64,000 bases of DNA from NCBI RefSeq assembly GCF_009914755.1, contig NC_060928.1, one strand, 5' to 3'. This stretch comes from the human T2T-CHM13v2.0 reference genome, Homo sapiens. How positions within the stretch are numbered: the first letter of the stretch is position 1; each line of letters begins with the position of its first letter. The notes beneath the pieces are model-generated. The model was not told the origin of the DNA and searched no databases. It saw only the letters and a program-made list of their open reading frames with translations. Shown one piece after another: positions 25,501 to 39,003 of the stretch. A program made the translations under genes and the position numbers.

Positions 25501-27052
25501 TGGCTTATATTAGAAAGAGGATTTTACTATGACAATGAAAAACCAAGGATTTAAATAAATTTAAAACCCTGCTAACTGCAAAACTATTATTTTTTCATAG
25601 CTTCTTTCAGTCCATATATATGCATGAGTGTATGTGTAGTCATTCAAAAAGAATTACACTCTTTCAAAAATGTGTTACTCAGTAACAAGGTTGTACAATA
25701 AAATTTGGTCAGAACCAATTTATAAAGGAACCATGGCAGTCATTTCTATAATTTACAAATATTCAGGAAGGTATACCCTTCATGTCACAAGGCATACATT
25801 AATCCTGCAGTCCAGTTCATTCCAAGCACATTTTAGCACGTCACCTTTTTAGTTAGAGGGTAAAATGGCAACCTTATTGCAATCCTTTATGTCCTCATGG
25901 CTGTAAGGAAGAGGACTGCAAAACAAGGCTCTTGATACAATTTACTTGCAAACTACATGTTTCTATAATCTGGCTGGTTGAACAATATGATTTTAAAAGC
26001 GTTCAGTTCTTTTTGAATTACCCTATATTTTGCATCATGGCAATCAATTTCTACTTTTGTGTATTTTAAATAAGCATTAAGTGCCATAATTTGCTAAATG
26101 GTTTGATTGTCAAATGTGGAGTTCTTTTACTCCAAGCCATAAGCGCCGTTTCCCCTTCTTAAAATAATCTCCTCACCTTAAAAAGCTCATCTTGCTTCTG
26201 CCAGAGCTCAAAGAAGCTGTATATTCATTTTTGTTTTCTCCAAGGATGTCCCAGGCAGAGGAAACAGCCTACGTGAAGGCCTGGAGGCCGGCACTTAGAG
26301 TGTGAAGAGTACAGTGACAAAGATGATGATGGAGCCGCAGGTAGAGAGGCCTCACCTGGAAGGGTAAAAATGCCACAGGGACTGTAAGTTTTGTCTTTGG
26401 AGTGATGGAGAACCATGGAGAGGCTTTAAGTAGGATGTGGACACATTTACTTACTTCCTTACATTAGTTTGCAGGTGCCATTGTCTTGTTAACTTCTTGT
26501 CCTCTAAATTTCATGAGAAACTGGCTGTGTTTACTATGTGGGAGGGTGTTTTGTGCTCAATCCTGAAGTTTATTAATAGACACAACTGAAGTAGTTTCCT
26601 ACTTTCCTTCTGAGCATAGTTTCTATTGTTCTGAGGAGAGTGACAGGCCTTAAAAATATACATTCATGTTTTCAAAAGTAGTTTTCAAATATCTAGGAGT
26701 TTAATACGTCCACATTAGTGTGTTTGAGAGTGTTCATTCCATCATCTTAGAAGGGTCCATTTTTCCCTCTCCAGTTTTCCCATTTCCTTCTCAGAAAGCA
26801 GCAATTAAGTTCTCAGTCCTGTACCAAACTTAGAAAGCAACTTGGATATCCTCAGTATTATAATTTGGAGTCACACTCTTTTAAGCCATAGTCTTGAAGA
26901 AGATTGAAAAATTCGATTTCAGGATTGATCGCTGACTCAATAATAGTGGAGATTAATATTTTGTTCTGTTTGAGGAAAAGAATTGGACTGAGTGCTAGAG
27001 GACTTGATTTCTTGAAATGTTATAATGGCTTTACTATATAATAATAGCTGTA

Positions 27053-27280
27053 CAGTTGACCCTTAAGCAACATGACTTGGAACCATGCAGGTCCACTTCC
27101 AAATGGATTTTTTTCCACCTCTGCCACCCCTGAGGCAGCAAGAACAATCTTTTCTCTTCCTCTTCCTCCTCAGCGAACTCAGTGTGATGACAATGAGGAT
27201 GAAGACCTTTATGATGATCAACTTCAACTTAATGAATAGCAAATATATTTTCTCTTTCTTATGATTTTATCAATAAGGTT
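27053..27280. mobile_element. Tigger3 (Golem)-type DNA transposon fragment
   Basis: TA then CAGTTGACCCTT TIR; body gacaatgaggatgaagacctttatgatgatc...cttaatgaatag. Confidence 0.75.
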
Positions 27281-28560
27281 TTTGCCTTTTCCTTTGAACA
27301 AGATAGAAAATCATTAGAGAAATCTAAGCAGAGCAGTGACATAATATGCCTTATGTTTTACTTTGATAGCAATGTCAGGAATACACAGCAAGAGTGAAAG
27401 CTAGGAGATACATTAGGAGGTTATTGGAATAAATATGACAATTTTACAATAATCCAGATCGTTTTAACTAGGTGGTAACAGTGGAAATGATAAGAAGTTG
27501 CTGGATCTTGGATACATCTCCAAAGCCAAGCTGAGATAATTTGCTGATAAATTAGTAAGAGTAGTACATAAAAAAGGGGGAGGGGTCAAAGGCAACAGCA
27601 AAGCCTTTGGCCTGAGCAACTGGAAGAATGGAGTTGATATTTACTGAGAAGGTGAAGACAATGGGAGGAGTAAGTAAGGGTAAGTAAGGAGTGAGTTAAG
27701 GTGGCAGTGGGTTAGAAATCTATAATTTCATTTTGAGTATGTTAAGCTTGAGAAAGTTATGAGATAGCCCACTGGAGATGCCAAGTAAGAAGTTGAATAA
27801 GTAGCTGGGAGTCAAGGGAGAAGGGAAGATGTAGAGATAAGCATTTAGGAGAAAACAGCATATGTATGCTATTTAGAGACATAGACCTGGATGAGATCAC
27901 CCAGGACGTGAATGTTGATAGACAAGAAGTTCAAAGACTGAATGCTGCAACATGCCAATGTCTGAGTGTTTGGAAGGCAAGAAGAAGCAAGCAAAGGAGA
28001 CTGATGAAGAGCAACCAGTGAAGTAAAACAAAACTAAAGAGGGTGACTTGGTGCTAAGTGAAGGAAGTGTTTCAGAGAGGAGGAGACGTATGGAATAAGG
28101 TGAGGACTGGGAAGTGACCATGGGATTTGCATTATGGAAACAGTTGATAGCTTTGACAAGATGGCTTCTGTGGAGCATTAGGGTTTAAATCCTGACTGAG
28201 GAGGCAGATTCAAAAGAGAATGAGAGGAGACAGAATGGTTAGAACTTTTTGAATTTTGCTGTTAAGAGAAATAGAGAATGGGGTGATAGTTCTAGGGAAC
28301 ATATGAGGTCAAGAGAGAATTTTTAAAGATGGGAGATGGTACAGTATGTCATATGGTGATGAGAATGATATGACTGAGAGTGAAAAATTGATGGTACAGG
28401 AGAAAGAGAGAGAGGGATGGAGGGAAGTTGGGAAGGAGGGAAGAGAGAAAGAAAGAGTGAGAAACACAGCTACAGAATGTTGCTGAGCAGGTTAGAGAGG
28501 ATGGTCTGAGACAGGCAAACAGACAGTTCAGGGGCTAATTAGATTGCAGAGATTGGGGGT
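27280..28560 (-). mobile_element. L2 LINE fragment
   Basis: Purine-rich reverse L2 (tttggcctgagcaactggaagaatggagttg, ggactgggaagtgaccatgggatt). Confidence 0.75.
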
Positions 28561-29284
28561 CTATCAAAAACTCATGTGAACACAGAGACACCTATAGTGA
28601 CTGAATGAAGAGACTCCAATAGCTCGGGCAGCTTTCTGTCTTTGATGCAGAGGCTTCTGTATCCTCCTTGTGGAGACCAGAAGTCTAATCCTAGGATACA
28701 GCAAGCTGAGAGGTCCAGGGGTCAAGGAAACATGGAATATTTGATTATAGTCAGGAATACATGGGCAAGAAGTTAGGTTCTTTCTGGATCCTTGCTGTCA
28801 TGCTGATAACGCATCAAGACCTACCTAGTCAGATGTCATCTTTATTCACTCTTAAGTTCACTAACTATTTCTATGTTTCCTGAGAGCAGAGACAATACCT
28901 TATACCTCTTGATATCCTCCTCTAGTGCTTACTGTGCTTTGTACACAGTGGCTGACAGATAAATGTTTATAAAATTGAAGATACTCATCAGTACTAAGGA
29001 TTTATATTAGGCCAACGTAACAAATTGATAAGTAGAAAATTGAAACTTTAGTCTTTGACAGCCCATATGATTGATTTCTTTGTAATTAGCTGAATTTAAC
29101 TCATTGACTGGTTTAGTTATCCAGAGACATGAGGCTTCAGGAAGTGAGGCATCAGGAAAAACTGCATTGAATGACCTATTCTGCATCCCCCAACCATTTA
29201 CCAAGGGGTATTTGAAAGTTTGCTTTCCACTTTCTTTATATTTCAGGGGAAACAATGTGCTTTTACTCCCAAGTAACAAAACAT

Positions 29285-29792
29285 TGTTGGGAACAGGCCC
29301 CCAAATCTGGCCATAAACTGGCCCCAAAACTGGCCATAAACAAAATCTTTGCAGCACTGTGACACGCTCGTGATGGCCATGACGCCCACGCTGGAAGGTT
29401 GTCGGTTTACCAGAATTAGGGCAAGGAACACCTGGCTCACCCAGGGTGGAAAACTGCTTAAGGCGTTCTTAAACCACAAACAATAGCGTGAGTGATCTGT
29501 GCCTTAAGGACATGCTCCTGCTGCAGATAACTAGCCAAACCCATCCCTTTATTTCAGCCCATCCCTTTATTTCCCGTAAGGAATACTTTTAGTAAATCTG
29601 TAATCTACAGAAACAATGCTTATCACTGGCTTGCTATCAATAAATATGTGGGTAAATCTCTCTTTGGTGCTCTCAGCTCTGAAGGCTGTGAGACCCCTGA
29701 TTTCCCACTCCACACACCATATTTCTGTGTGTGTGTCTTTAATTTCTCTAGCACCGCTGGGTTAGGGTCTCGTGACTGAGCTGGTCTTGGCA
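29285..29792 (+). mobile_element. MER9 solo LTR (HERV-K9/HML-3)
   Basis: TGTTGGGAACAGGCCCCC...GAGCTGGTCTTGGCA, 508 bp, TG...CA ends, 6-bp TSD AAACAT/AAACAC, AATAAA near 29639. Confidence 0.9.
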
Positions 29793-30363
29793 AAACACTT
29801 CTGTTTTGTTTTCCAAATCAGGCCAATTGCTATAGTTACTACCAATAGCAACCTAAATCAGGGAGGGGTCAGGAGGAGGAGAGAAATATAAAGCAAAGAG
29901 TTTGAAGAAGGAGCAGAACCCTAGATAGGAGCTCTCTCTGCTTATAACTAGCTGTGAGATTTAGGGCAAGACCCTTAGGTTTCTGAACTTCAAAGTCTTC
30001 TTTTATAAATAATAATACTCATCCTGTTGACTTTGCAGATTACTATGAAAATCAGATCAAAATGCCTGGAAAAAGATAAAGCAGATGCTCCTTTCCTGGG
30101 GTAGATGGACAGGCTTCAGGTGTGTTTAGGATCCCCCTGAAACTGAATGAAAAATTTTGCGTGTATGCATTTTTGCATTTTCTTCCTAGATTCTCCAAGG
30201 TTTGTCATCAGATACTCAAAAGGTTTTGTGACAACATTGCTGTAAAGCAGTAATATTGAAGACAGTAGCGTTGAAATTATTTGCTGTGGCCAAGTGTGTT
30301 ATACCTAAATCACAATAATGTTTTCTGTGCTCAAATGGGATTTAAAAGCAACATTGCTTGCAG

Positions 30364-30556
30364 CAGTGGTTCTTCAACTTTAGTGAGCATCAGAATCACC
30401 TGGAGGACAGGTCAAGATACAGATTGCTGGGCTGCAATCCCAGGATTTCTGATTCAGTAGTTAGTTCTTAGGTGGGGACTGTGAATCTGTATTTCTAACA
30501 GATTCTCAGGTGATGCTGATGTTGTTGGTCTAGGGTCCACACTTTGGCAGTCACTG
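30364..30556. mobile_element. MER5A (hAT-Charlie MITE)
   Basis: CAGTGGTTCT...CACTG TIRs; gcatcagaatcacctggag; caggtgatgctgatg. Confidence 0.85.
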
Positions 30557-30714
30557 GCATACTCACAGTTGCTACATATGCCCTATAAGTATTTAGTAGG
30601 TAGGCTACTGGAGAGGCTTTGATTTTCAGGAAATGGGCAATACTCTGAAATATACAATGGTAATGGTATCTACTTTGGACCTCTCTGTTGAAAAGAAAGA
30701 TAAGTTTCTTTGCA

Positions 30715-31485
30715 TTTTGGGTAATCTTCTGGGGCTGTCATAACAAAATACAACAGACTTGGTGGCTTACACAGGATAAATTTGTTTTCTCATGGTTCTG
30801 GAGGCTAGAAATCTAAGATTAAGGTGCTGGAAATTTGGTTTCTGATGAGATCTTTCTTCCTGTCTTATAGATGGGTGCCTTCTTGTGTCCTCACATGATC
30901 TTTTCTCCATGTGTTGAGAGAGAAAAAGAAAGATCTCTGGGCTCTCTTCTTCTTCTTATAAGGATACTAGTCCTGTGGAATTGGGGCCCATCATTTTGAC
31001 TTAATTTAACCTTATTACCTCCTTAAAGACCCTATCTCCAAATGCAGCCACATTGGAGGTTAGGGCTTATCTTAGCCTATTTTGTGCCACTATAACAGAT
31101 TCCCACAGACTGGGTAACTTATAATGAATAAAGATTGAGTTCTTATAATTCTGGAGGCTGGGAAGTTCAAGGTCAAGGGGCCTGCATCTGGTGAGGGCCT
31201 TCTTGCTGCACTGTAACATGACAGAAGGTATCACATGGTAAGAGAGTGCACAAGAGAGCAAGAGGGGCCAAACTCACTTTTACAAAAAATCCACTCCCAT
31301 GATAATGACATCAATTTATTCATGAGGGTAGAGCCCTCATGACTTGATCACCTCTTGAAGGTTCTACCTGTAAACACTGTTGCATTGGGTATTTAAGTTT
31401 CCAACACATGAATTTTGGTGGATATAGTCAAACCATAACAGGGCTTTAACATACAAATTTTTGGGGAACACATTTCAGTCCCAAA
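30715..31485 (-). mobile_element. MLT1A-like LTR split by an MST LTR
   Basis: ggggctgtcataacaaaatac...ggaggttagggct resumes as gggctttaacatacaaatttttgggg. Confidence 0.75.
31068..31440 (-). mobile_element. MST (MSTB-D-like) solo LTR
   Basis: tatcttag...caaaccataaca; TSD GGGCT at 31063-31067 and 31441-31445. Confidence 0.85.
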
Positions 31486-33202
31486 AGGGCAGTGTTTGTG
31501 AGTTCCTTACTAAAGCTGATTGTCTTCTTTCTTGAACAGCATGCTCTTAACATCCCTTTTGGGGGCCAAAATGGTGTAATATTCCATCTGACAATATGCC
31601 TGCTATTTCCTTGCTAGTCTCAAAGAGTGGCAATGCTTTGCTTCCTAGAGCCCAGCAACTGGCAATGGCTGCCATTTGGGCTGAATGGATGGTTTAATCG
31701 AGGAAGTCACAGGGTTCTCTATAAAGCCTTTCCAAGAATTTGAAAATATGCTTTCTTTTAAAAATGAAGGAAAGAGGCTTTTGGAAATAAGTACTTTTTA
31801 AAGATGTTTACATCAATGGTGAAAAGGGAGTAAGAAATGGAAATGTAAGTACCATTTGTAGTAGTCTGAATTCTGTCTTTTATTTTTTTAAAAATATTTT
31901 TGCTGTAGAGCATGGTTCGAAGCCACCTGCATTGTTCTTTCCATAGGAAAATGATACACTCACATTTTATGTGGCTGTCTTGGACAGCTGCTAATAACAC
32001 TGGTGAATAGCATAGAAATATAAGCACTAACTAGCACCTTTCAGAATGAGAAACACTTGGGTAAAACCTGTCACCACAGAGCAGGAGAAGGGCTTGTCTT
32101 AAACACTGCAGAAATTGTACTCTATGATAGATAGACTTAAGGATAATTTCATTTGTCCCTCACAAATGCCATTTTTCAGAATCTCACTTCCTTGCTATTT
32201 TAATTTTCATTTTCCTGCCCTCATCTTCATTTTCCGTTTGCCCTTAATCCTTTAATACTTTCTTTTTATCTTTACTTGACTGTTTAGAATACTTAATGTT
32301 TGGAGAAACTCTTTTTCAATTAGGTCTGGTAGCTGTCAAGGAACTGTAAATAAGCATAGTATTATAGATTAGATTTTAAAAAGGCTATTTAAGTCACATC
32401 ACTGTGAGCCATATTAATATTTGAGATGCCAAGGGGCTTTCACAGCCCTGGAACTCAGAGGAGACTGAAATGTCTTAATCCTTAAAATATGGAAGAGGAA
32501 AAAGGAGAGAATGCTTTCACTTTTACGTGAGCAAAAGTTGTCTGACCAAGGGCATGCAGAGTCTTAGAAAAACACAAAGCAAAAGGAGCTGGCAGACAGT
32601 TGTCATTTGGGGGCAATCTTGTCTGTTTGCTTGGACAAATTTCTTCATGGCCCCCACCCCTATCTCCTTTAAAATCAACTGGGACTTCCTCAAAACACTT
32701 GCAAACTATTTTTGAACAAGTCAGGCCCAGAGTATTAAAAATGGTGAATAGCTGTAAATCCTGGAGAAATAGCATATTGGTAAAACTGCAGATATTTATG
32801 CAGTAGTTGCTGTAGTTTTGGTTTCAAACATCCCCGTTTCTCAAGGCATTTGAATATTTTTGGTTTACAAAATACTTCCGCTTGTTTTTTTAGTGTTAGA
32901 AGTGTCTACATTTTTATAACTCCTACTAAGGTGTCTTATGTTCATTACTGTCTCCATAAAAGCTAGTGATTTGGTGGCAGTGGTACACTTTATGAGCTGT
33001 CATGGGATATACTACATATTATGTTAGGACGAAGAGGGAGAAGATGACAAACAAATCATGAAGTTGTCTGTTTTCCTAGACAACTTTACATTTGTTTTCC
33101 TCAGTTTTTAAAGTATTAAATGATATATACATTTTGCAAAGTAAAATGTTTGTGTTGTTTTTTCATGCTTGGTACAATTAAAAAGCTGTGTTCTGATCAA
33201 AA

Positions 33203-33206
<4 letters not shown>

Positions 33207-33243
<37 letters not shown>
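33207..33243. repeat. (TA)n microsatellite
   Basis: Directly visible. Confidence 0.95.
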
Positions 33244-33246
<3 letters not shown>

Positions 33247-33379
33247 AACTGAAGACAGTGATGAAGAGACTTGAATGCTCATTTCTGGTTATGCTATGAA
33301 TGACCTCTGTCACTCTGAGTCATTTCTGAGAGTCTTTCCCTGCTAGAAAGGGAAAGAAACAGGTCCAGATATAATATGG

Positions 33380-33727
33380 TGATACGCTTTGGCTGTATCC
33401 CCACCCAAATCTCATCTTGAATTTTAGCTTGCATAATTCCCATGTATTGTGGGAGGGAGATAATTGAATCATGAGGGCAGTTTCTCTCATACTGTTCTCA
33501 TGGTAGTAAATAAGTCTTATGAGAGCTGACGGTTTTATAAGGGGTTTCCCCTGTTGCTTCACCCTCATTTTCTCTTGCCTGCCACCATGTAAGATGTGCC
33601 TTTTGCCTTCTACCATGATTGTGAGGCCTCCCCAGCCATGTGGATCTGAGAGTCCATGAAACCTCTTTTTCTTTATAAATTACTCAGTCTCAGGTGTATC
33701 TTTATTAGCAGCATGAGAACTAATACA
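33380..33727 (+). mobile_element. THE1 (B/C/D-like) solo LTR
   Basis: tgatacgctttggctgtatccccacccaaatctcatcttgaa...gagaactaataca; TSD TATGG at 33375-33379 and 33728-33732. Confidence 0.92.
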
Positions 33728-33899
33728 TATGGACTCCAAGATATAACACAATGGGGCAAAGTGATTTTTATATCCCAAATTGCCCATGTGGTATTTGTGT
33801 TACTGCTAGGGTGTAGTCCTAATTGTAAATTAGTAAATGCATTTTTAGTTTATAAAGCCATCTATGGAAGTTTAGTTAATGCAACATAATTCCACCTGA

Positions 33900-34300
33900 A
33901 CCTTACAACTCTTGAGAAAATTGGGTGCAAAGCTAAAGGAACATTGCATGCAAACGCAAATCTAAAAACTTACTCAAATGTGCAAGTATTCTATGTGCTT
34001 GCATATAAACGATCACCTTAATCAAAACTAAAAGGCAAATGATAAATTGGGATAAAGTGCTTACAAAGAATATGATGGCTAAGTGATTAATGGTTTCACT
34101 CTATAAAGAGATCTTCAAAATCTGTAAGGAAAACTCAAATCACAATAGAAAAAAGAACAAAGGACATAAATAGGCAATTTATTAAAGAATAAAATTAATG
34201 GCCAATACTAAAAAAAAGTCAAATTTCATTAGTAACTGAAGATATACATGCTAAAATCAAACACTATTCATCTTTATCAAATTGACAAAGATTAAAATTT
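33900..34300 (+). mobile_element. Ancient L1ME-like fragment
   Basis: aaaaggcaaatgataaattggga...caaaggacataaataggcaattt; approximate. Confidence 0.55.
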
Positions 34301-34469
34301 GATATTTAATACTCATTTATTTAATACGAATGACTGCCCTTGTACTTTCGGGATGGCCCTGAGATAATAAAAGATGAAAAATTTCCTTGGACAGTATGCA
34401 TTTTAGAATGTGGATAAATGTAGTATGTTACCATTTTCTTGCTGGACAATGAAGCAATGGGGAAGGAGA

Positions 34470-34680
34470 CCAGACTTTGAATGCAGGCACCAAGGTTAGA
34501 TTTCTAGCACTCCTACCTTCAGTATGACCTTGAAGAGGTTGCTAGTTTCTTAAGCTTTCTGCACTTCTGGTTTTTCTTTTATAAAATGAGGGTAATGCCC
34601 ACTTTGCAGAGTTATTGTTAAGATGCAATGAGATTAAAAATGCTTCTAGAAAATGTATCTGCTTCATAAATGCAGCTATT
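34470..34680 (+). mobile_element. MIR
   Basis: Degraded core ...ataaaatgagggtaatgcccactttgcagagttattgttaagat. Confidence 0.55.
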
Positions 34681-37074
34681 ATATTGCTTTAGACTATTTC
34701 CTACAGTTTCAAACACAGCATTTCAAAATTTGTATTGTGAAAGGCTTGACCGTTTAGTGTATGTGTGTCAGATATAAATATTGGGCAAGAGCTGGCTCAT
34801 CATTAAATCCCAGGCTGCTTTGTGCTATGGGACATTTGACAATGTGACTCCAGGTGTACTGTCTTTTCTATATGGGCAATCTTTTTCCAGATAATAGGCA
34901 GCCTGGAATTTTTTTCTTTCCACTGAAAATCCATGTTTGATTTTATGGCATGGGACATCAAAGTTATGCAGAACAGAATGAGACAGACTAAGCAAGAGAC
35001 AGAAAGAGGCATCATGCAAAAAGAGAAAATCTAACAGACCTGTTGCCCTGTGCAGAGAATATACAGAAGAACCAAGTCTATTGCAAGAACATCTGCAGAA
35101 GCAAATCAGGGAATGAGTGTGTCTAGAGTTGGAGGATTTCAGCTGATGAAGTTGCTGTACTTAAAATGTAAACATTGAACAATTGAAGACAGAGAGACTG
35201 AGAGAAAGGCTCTGATACCAGTAAGCAGCCTACACATGTGGTTGTGGAAGAGCTTGGAGTACAGAACAACAGGCTCAGGCAAGACCGAGTGAGAAAAGCT
35301 ACTGACAACCTCTGCCAGGAAGAGGTTTTTTTAATTGTGTAGTGATGAGCAATAGAAATTAACAGAAAAATGCTGCAAAATGTTTATAGTTTATTTGGTA
35401 TAGGTATAGCTCCCAAATCTACTAGCTAAATATTACCTCATGAGGAAAATAATAAGACTTTAGATCTTCCCTCATCCAAAATGCATCCTCTCCCTTATTT
35501 TGGGGAGTCTTTCCAGATTCACAGTCAGTTGATTGAGGTCACTAACATCCACTTCTTCTATCCATCAACTTCTTCCTCTCCGAAGCTGCCTTCTACCTGT
35601 CCATACCTGTTGCTGCAGACCCTTTGGTGAAGCACTTTTGCTGTTCTCTGATGTCATGAGAATACTGGTGTTCCCATGAAGGGTGACATCTCCTCACACT
35701 CCCAAGTCTTCTGGTTTTGGGGCACCAGATCTGAGCTTGAGTCCTAGCAGAGGCCGGGCAAAGAGCTTCCTTCTCATCTCAGTCATACTCTCTCAGGTTC
35801 CTGAAGTAGATCTACTTGTGCCCATCTTCTTCCTGTGTGGGACCCAAAACCTGCCCAAGGGATCCCAATTGGCAATAACATAGCTCTGATCAATGGCTCT
35901 TCTATGTCTTTCTTTATAGTTTCTCACTGCATCAAAGTGTCCTCCCTCCTCTCTCAGGTACAACCATTGCACTCCCCTCTCCTCATCCCAAAGTGGCCCT
36001 GCAGGGGACCAGAGATACTTCATGTGAGTGGAGAGTGTGTTCTGCAGCCTCCATGCTTCCATACCTCAATCTTACCTGCTCATGTGAATTCTGAGGGAGG
36101 GTCTCATCTACTCCACAAGGTAAGAAGCAGCCATTCTCAATCCATCTCTTTCTTGCCATTATGAAGTTTTCAAGGAAAGAACCTGCACTGTAAGAGAACA
36201 AAAGGAGTAAAGCCCAACTGGAACATTCTGTTTTCTGGAGCTGGCTGACCAGTTTGGTGGGTCTCCATCCCTTCTTGAAGGGGCTGAGAAATCTTGCTTT
36301 GGGCTGAGTGTGCTGCACACTCTCTATGCTTCCAAATAGCTTATGCTTTTTGATGCTCCATTTTATCAGTGTACAATTTTCCTTGGATAGCACCAAGCAA
36401 TTTCTCATTTCCTTTCTCCTTTGATGTACAATCTTTCAAATATTCATAGATGTTTTCCCTGCCTTTTTTGTTGTGAACCTGGCATATTTATCTTCAGTCC
36501 TTCAATCACATCAGTTTTACTTTTCTGAGTTCTCACCAAATGTGTGACAGCTGGAGGTTTCTGAAGCCTGGCTCTCAGAGTGAAATAAAAAGTTAAAAAC
36601 ATTTGGATGAATGGTCTTGGGGCTATCCAGTCTTTCTGGTTGAAATTGACCTGTCTTTCTTTGGGTTAGAGCCTCAATTTAGGTTTTCCTGCTCTTCCTA
36701 CACCAGAAAGAGAAAAACTATAGCACCTAGAGGCTATAGTTTTCAGTGGGTGGAATGACAATGTTAAATTTAAGAGGCTCTTTGTCCTTTTCTGGAGTAG
36801 AGTGGGGTTCGGGTATGGGCATAATAGTAAAGAGGGCATGGAGCTTCACAGAGCTAGCTTAGTAGCCTTGGGTAAGTGACTTAAGGTCTCTAACCTCGGT
36901 TTTCTTAACTAAAAAATGTTGATAATTTTTGAGGCTAAAATGAGATTTTTAAACATGGCTTTGACTGTGTTTGGGACACAGTAGACACAAAATAAAGAAA
37001 TTTGCTACTGTTACTCACTTTGGAGCCAGAGAAACTCAGCTTTAAATCCCACCAACAGCTAAGTGCTCTTCTGC

Positions 37075-37766
37075 CAGGGGTCAGCAAACTTTCTGTAAAG
37101 AGTCAGCTGTAAATATTTTGGCTTTGTGGGCCAGATAGTCTCTGTTGCAGTCATTTGACTCTGCCATTGTAGAGTGAAAGCAGCTACAGACTATACATAA
37201 ACCAATGGGTGTAACTGTGTTCCAATAAAACTTTATGTCTTCATCTGTTTGGGCTGCTATAACAAAATACCATAAACGGAGTAGTGTAAAAACAACAGCA
37301 ATTTATTTCTCATAGCTCTGGAGGGTGGGAAGTCCAAGAACAAGGCTCTGGCAGATGCAGTGTCTGCTCAGGGCCTACTCTCTGCTTCATAGATGGAGCC
37401 TCTAGCTGTGTCCTCACATGGTGGAAAGGACCAGTTAGCTCTCTGGGGCCTCTTTGTATAAGGACACTAATCCCATTCATAAGGACTATGCCTGCATGAA
37501 CTAATCACCTCCTAAGGGTCTCACCTCCTGACACCATTACATTGGGGATTAGGTTTCAACCTATGGATTTTGGAGGGACACAGCACTCAAAATATAGTGC
37601 TTTATTTATAGTCTTGGAATTTCTTCTCATGTTTACATGCCAAAAGATATTATTTTTGACCCCTTTTAATCATTTAAAAATGTGAAAACCATGCTTAGCT
37701 CTTAGGCCAAACAAAAACAGATGGTGAGCTGGATTTCGCCTATGGGCCTTTGTTTGCTGACCTTCC
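37075..37766. mobile_element. MER58B DNA transposon split by an MST LTR
   Basis: CAGGGGTCAGCAAACT TIR and the terminal gtttgctgacc; gtgttccaataaaacttta. Confidence 0.8.
37236..37599 (-). mobile_element. MSTD/MLT1A1-like solo LTR
   Basis: tgtctt...gggctgctataacaaaatacc...aatatagtg; TSD CTTTA at 37231-37235 and 37600-37604. Confidence 0.85.
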
Positions 37767-38067
37767 CATAAGTTACTACTTCATCTCTCTAACTCTCAGT
37801 TCTTTTTCCTGTGAATTGGGTTGGTGTTTATTTCAATGAGGTAAAGCGAGTGGTGTCTTTAAGTTTTCAATAAATTGCTGTCATTTGTTATGATTCTTAT
37901 TAACATTAAAAAGTGGAGATACATATGCTGCAATGGTCTACATTTTTAGTTGAATATGATTACAGTTAAGAAAAAGTTTTCAGTTTAATATCCTTTTGAG
38001 CTTGCCTTATGAAGAAGGGTAGTTGAAAGAAAACCATTTTAAAATGTAATTTACGAGCTTCCCATCT

Positions 38068-38740
38068 GTTGTATAAACAAACAAACAAAGAAAAAAACAT
38101 TCTTTAGTCTTTGTCCTGGGCTCCTGGGAGGGAGTTTTTAAAGCCTTGGAATTTTCCAAGTGATAAGAATGTCTTTGTTATTTGTGGGTGCTACTGGGAA
38201 CCACACTTGAGCTTATGCTCACAAGGTGACTTACCTTGGGCCACTAGTTTCAGCAGTGGTCCTGGCCATGCCAGAATGACCTACCCTATGATTAGAGGGT
38301 CGGGGCTTTGGGCCAAGTGATATCAGCCGAGCCACCTGACCTTGGGAAAGGGAGGAAGGGCTGGAAGTTGAGTACCATCCTGTGGCCAATAATTACGCCC
38401 AGGCTCTGGTGACTTCCCTGGTTAGGAAACATACATCAACATCTCAGACTCTCCTAGACCTTGCCCAATGCCTCTCTTCATTTCATTTGTCTTGATTTGT
38501 ATCCTTTATGATAAAAGTATAATTTTAAGTCTAGCACTTTCCTGAGTTCTATGAGTCATTGTAGCACTGAACCTGTGGGAGTAGTGGGAACCTTCAAGTC
38601 TACAGCCAGTTGGTCAGAAGTGTGGGTGGCCTGGCAACCCTGGAGCTTGTGGCTAAAGTGTGAAGTGAGGGCAGTTTTGTGCAGGACTGCACTAACATGT
38701 GAAGTTTGATCTAACTTTGGTAGTGTCAGAAGTGCTTTGC
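38068..38740 (+). mobile_element. MER21-family LTR
   Basis: aagccttggaattttccaagtgataag, tttcctgagttctatgagtc, gccagttggtcagaagtgtgggtggcc. Confidence 0.7.
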
Positions 38741-39003
38741 CTCATCTAAATCCAAGACATCCACATATTAGTCCAATCATTCAGTGAAAGCTATGAAATA
38801 ATGCAAGATTTGAAGTGACTCTTTGAAGCTGGTGTTTTGCAAATGTATAGCAACAAGGATGATGCCAGACTAATTTTAAAGATGCATTCTGCTCTGAAGA
38901 CAATGTGAACTATTCCAACTATGAAGACATACATTTTTATGTAGTAAGTCTATGACCTAAGAAGAGGTAAGTGTGTGTGCATATACACTTATTCTACACG
39001 CCC

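Noticed and set aside
35983-36408. 141-aa ORF as a gene or pseudogene
   Set aside because: No recognisable protein family; the 5' part overlaps probable CR1/L3 sequence
36714-36743. 11-bp inverted repeat AAAACTATAGC / GCTATAGTTTT resembling a terminator
   Set aside because: Short and AT-rich; intrinsic terminators are not relevant in mammalian DNA; no supporting context
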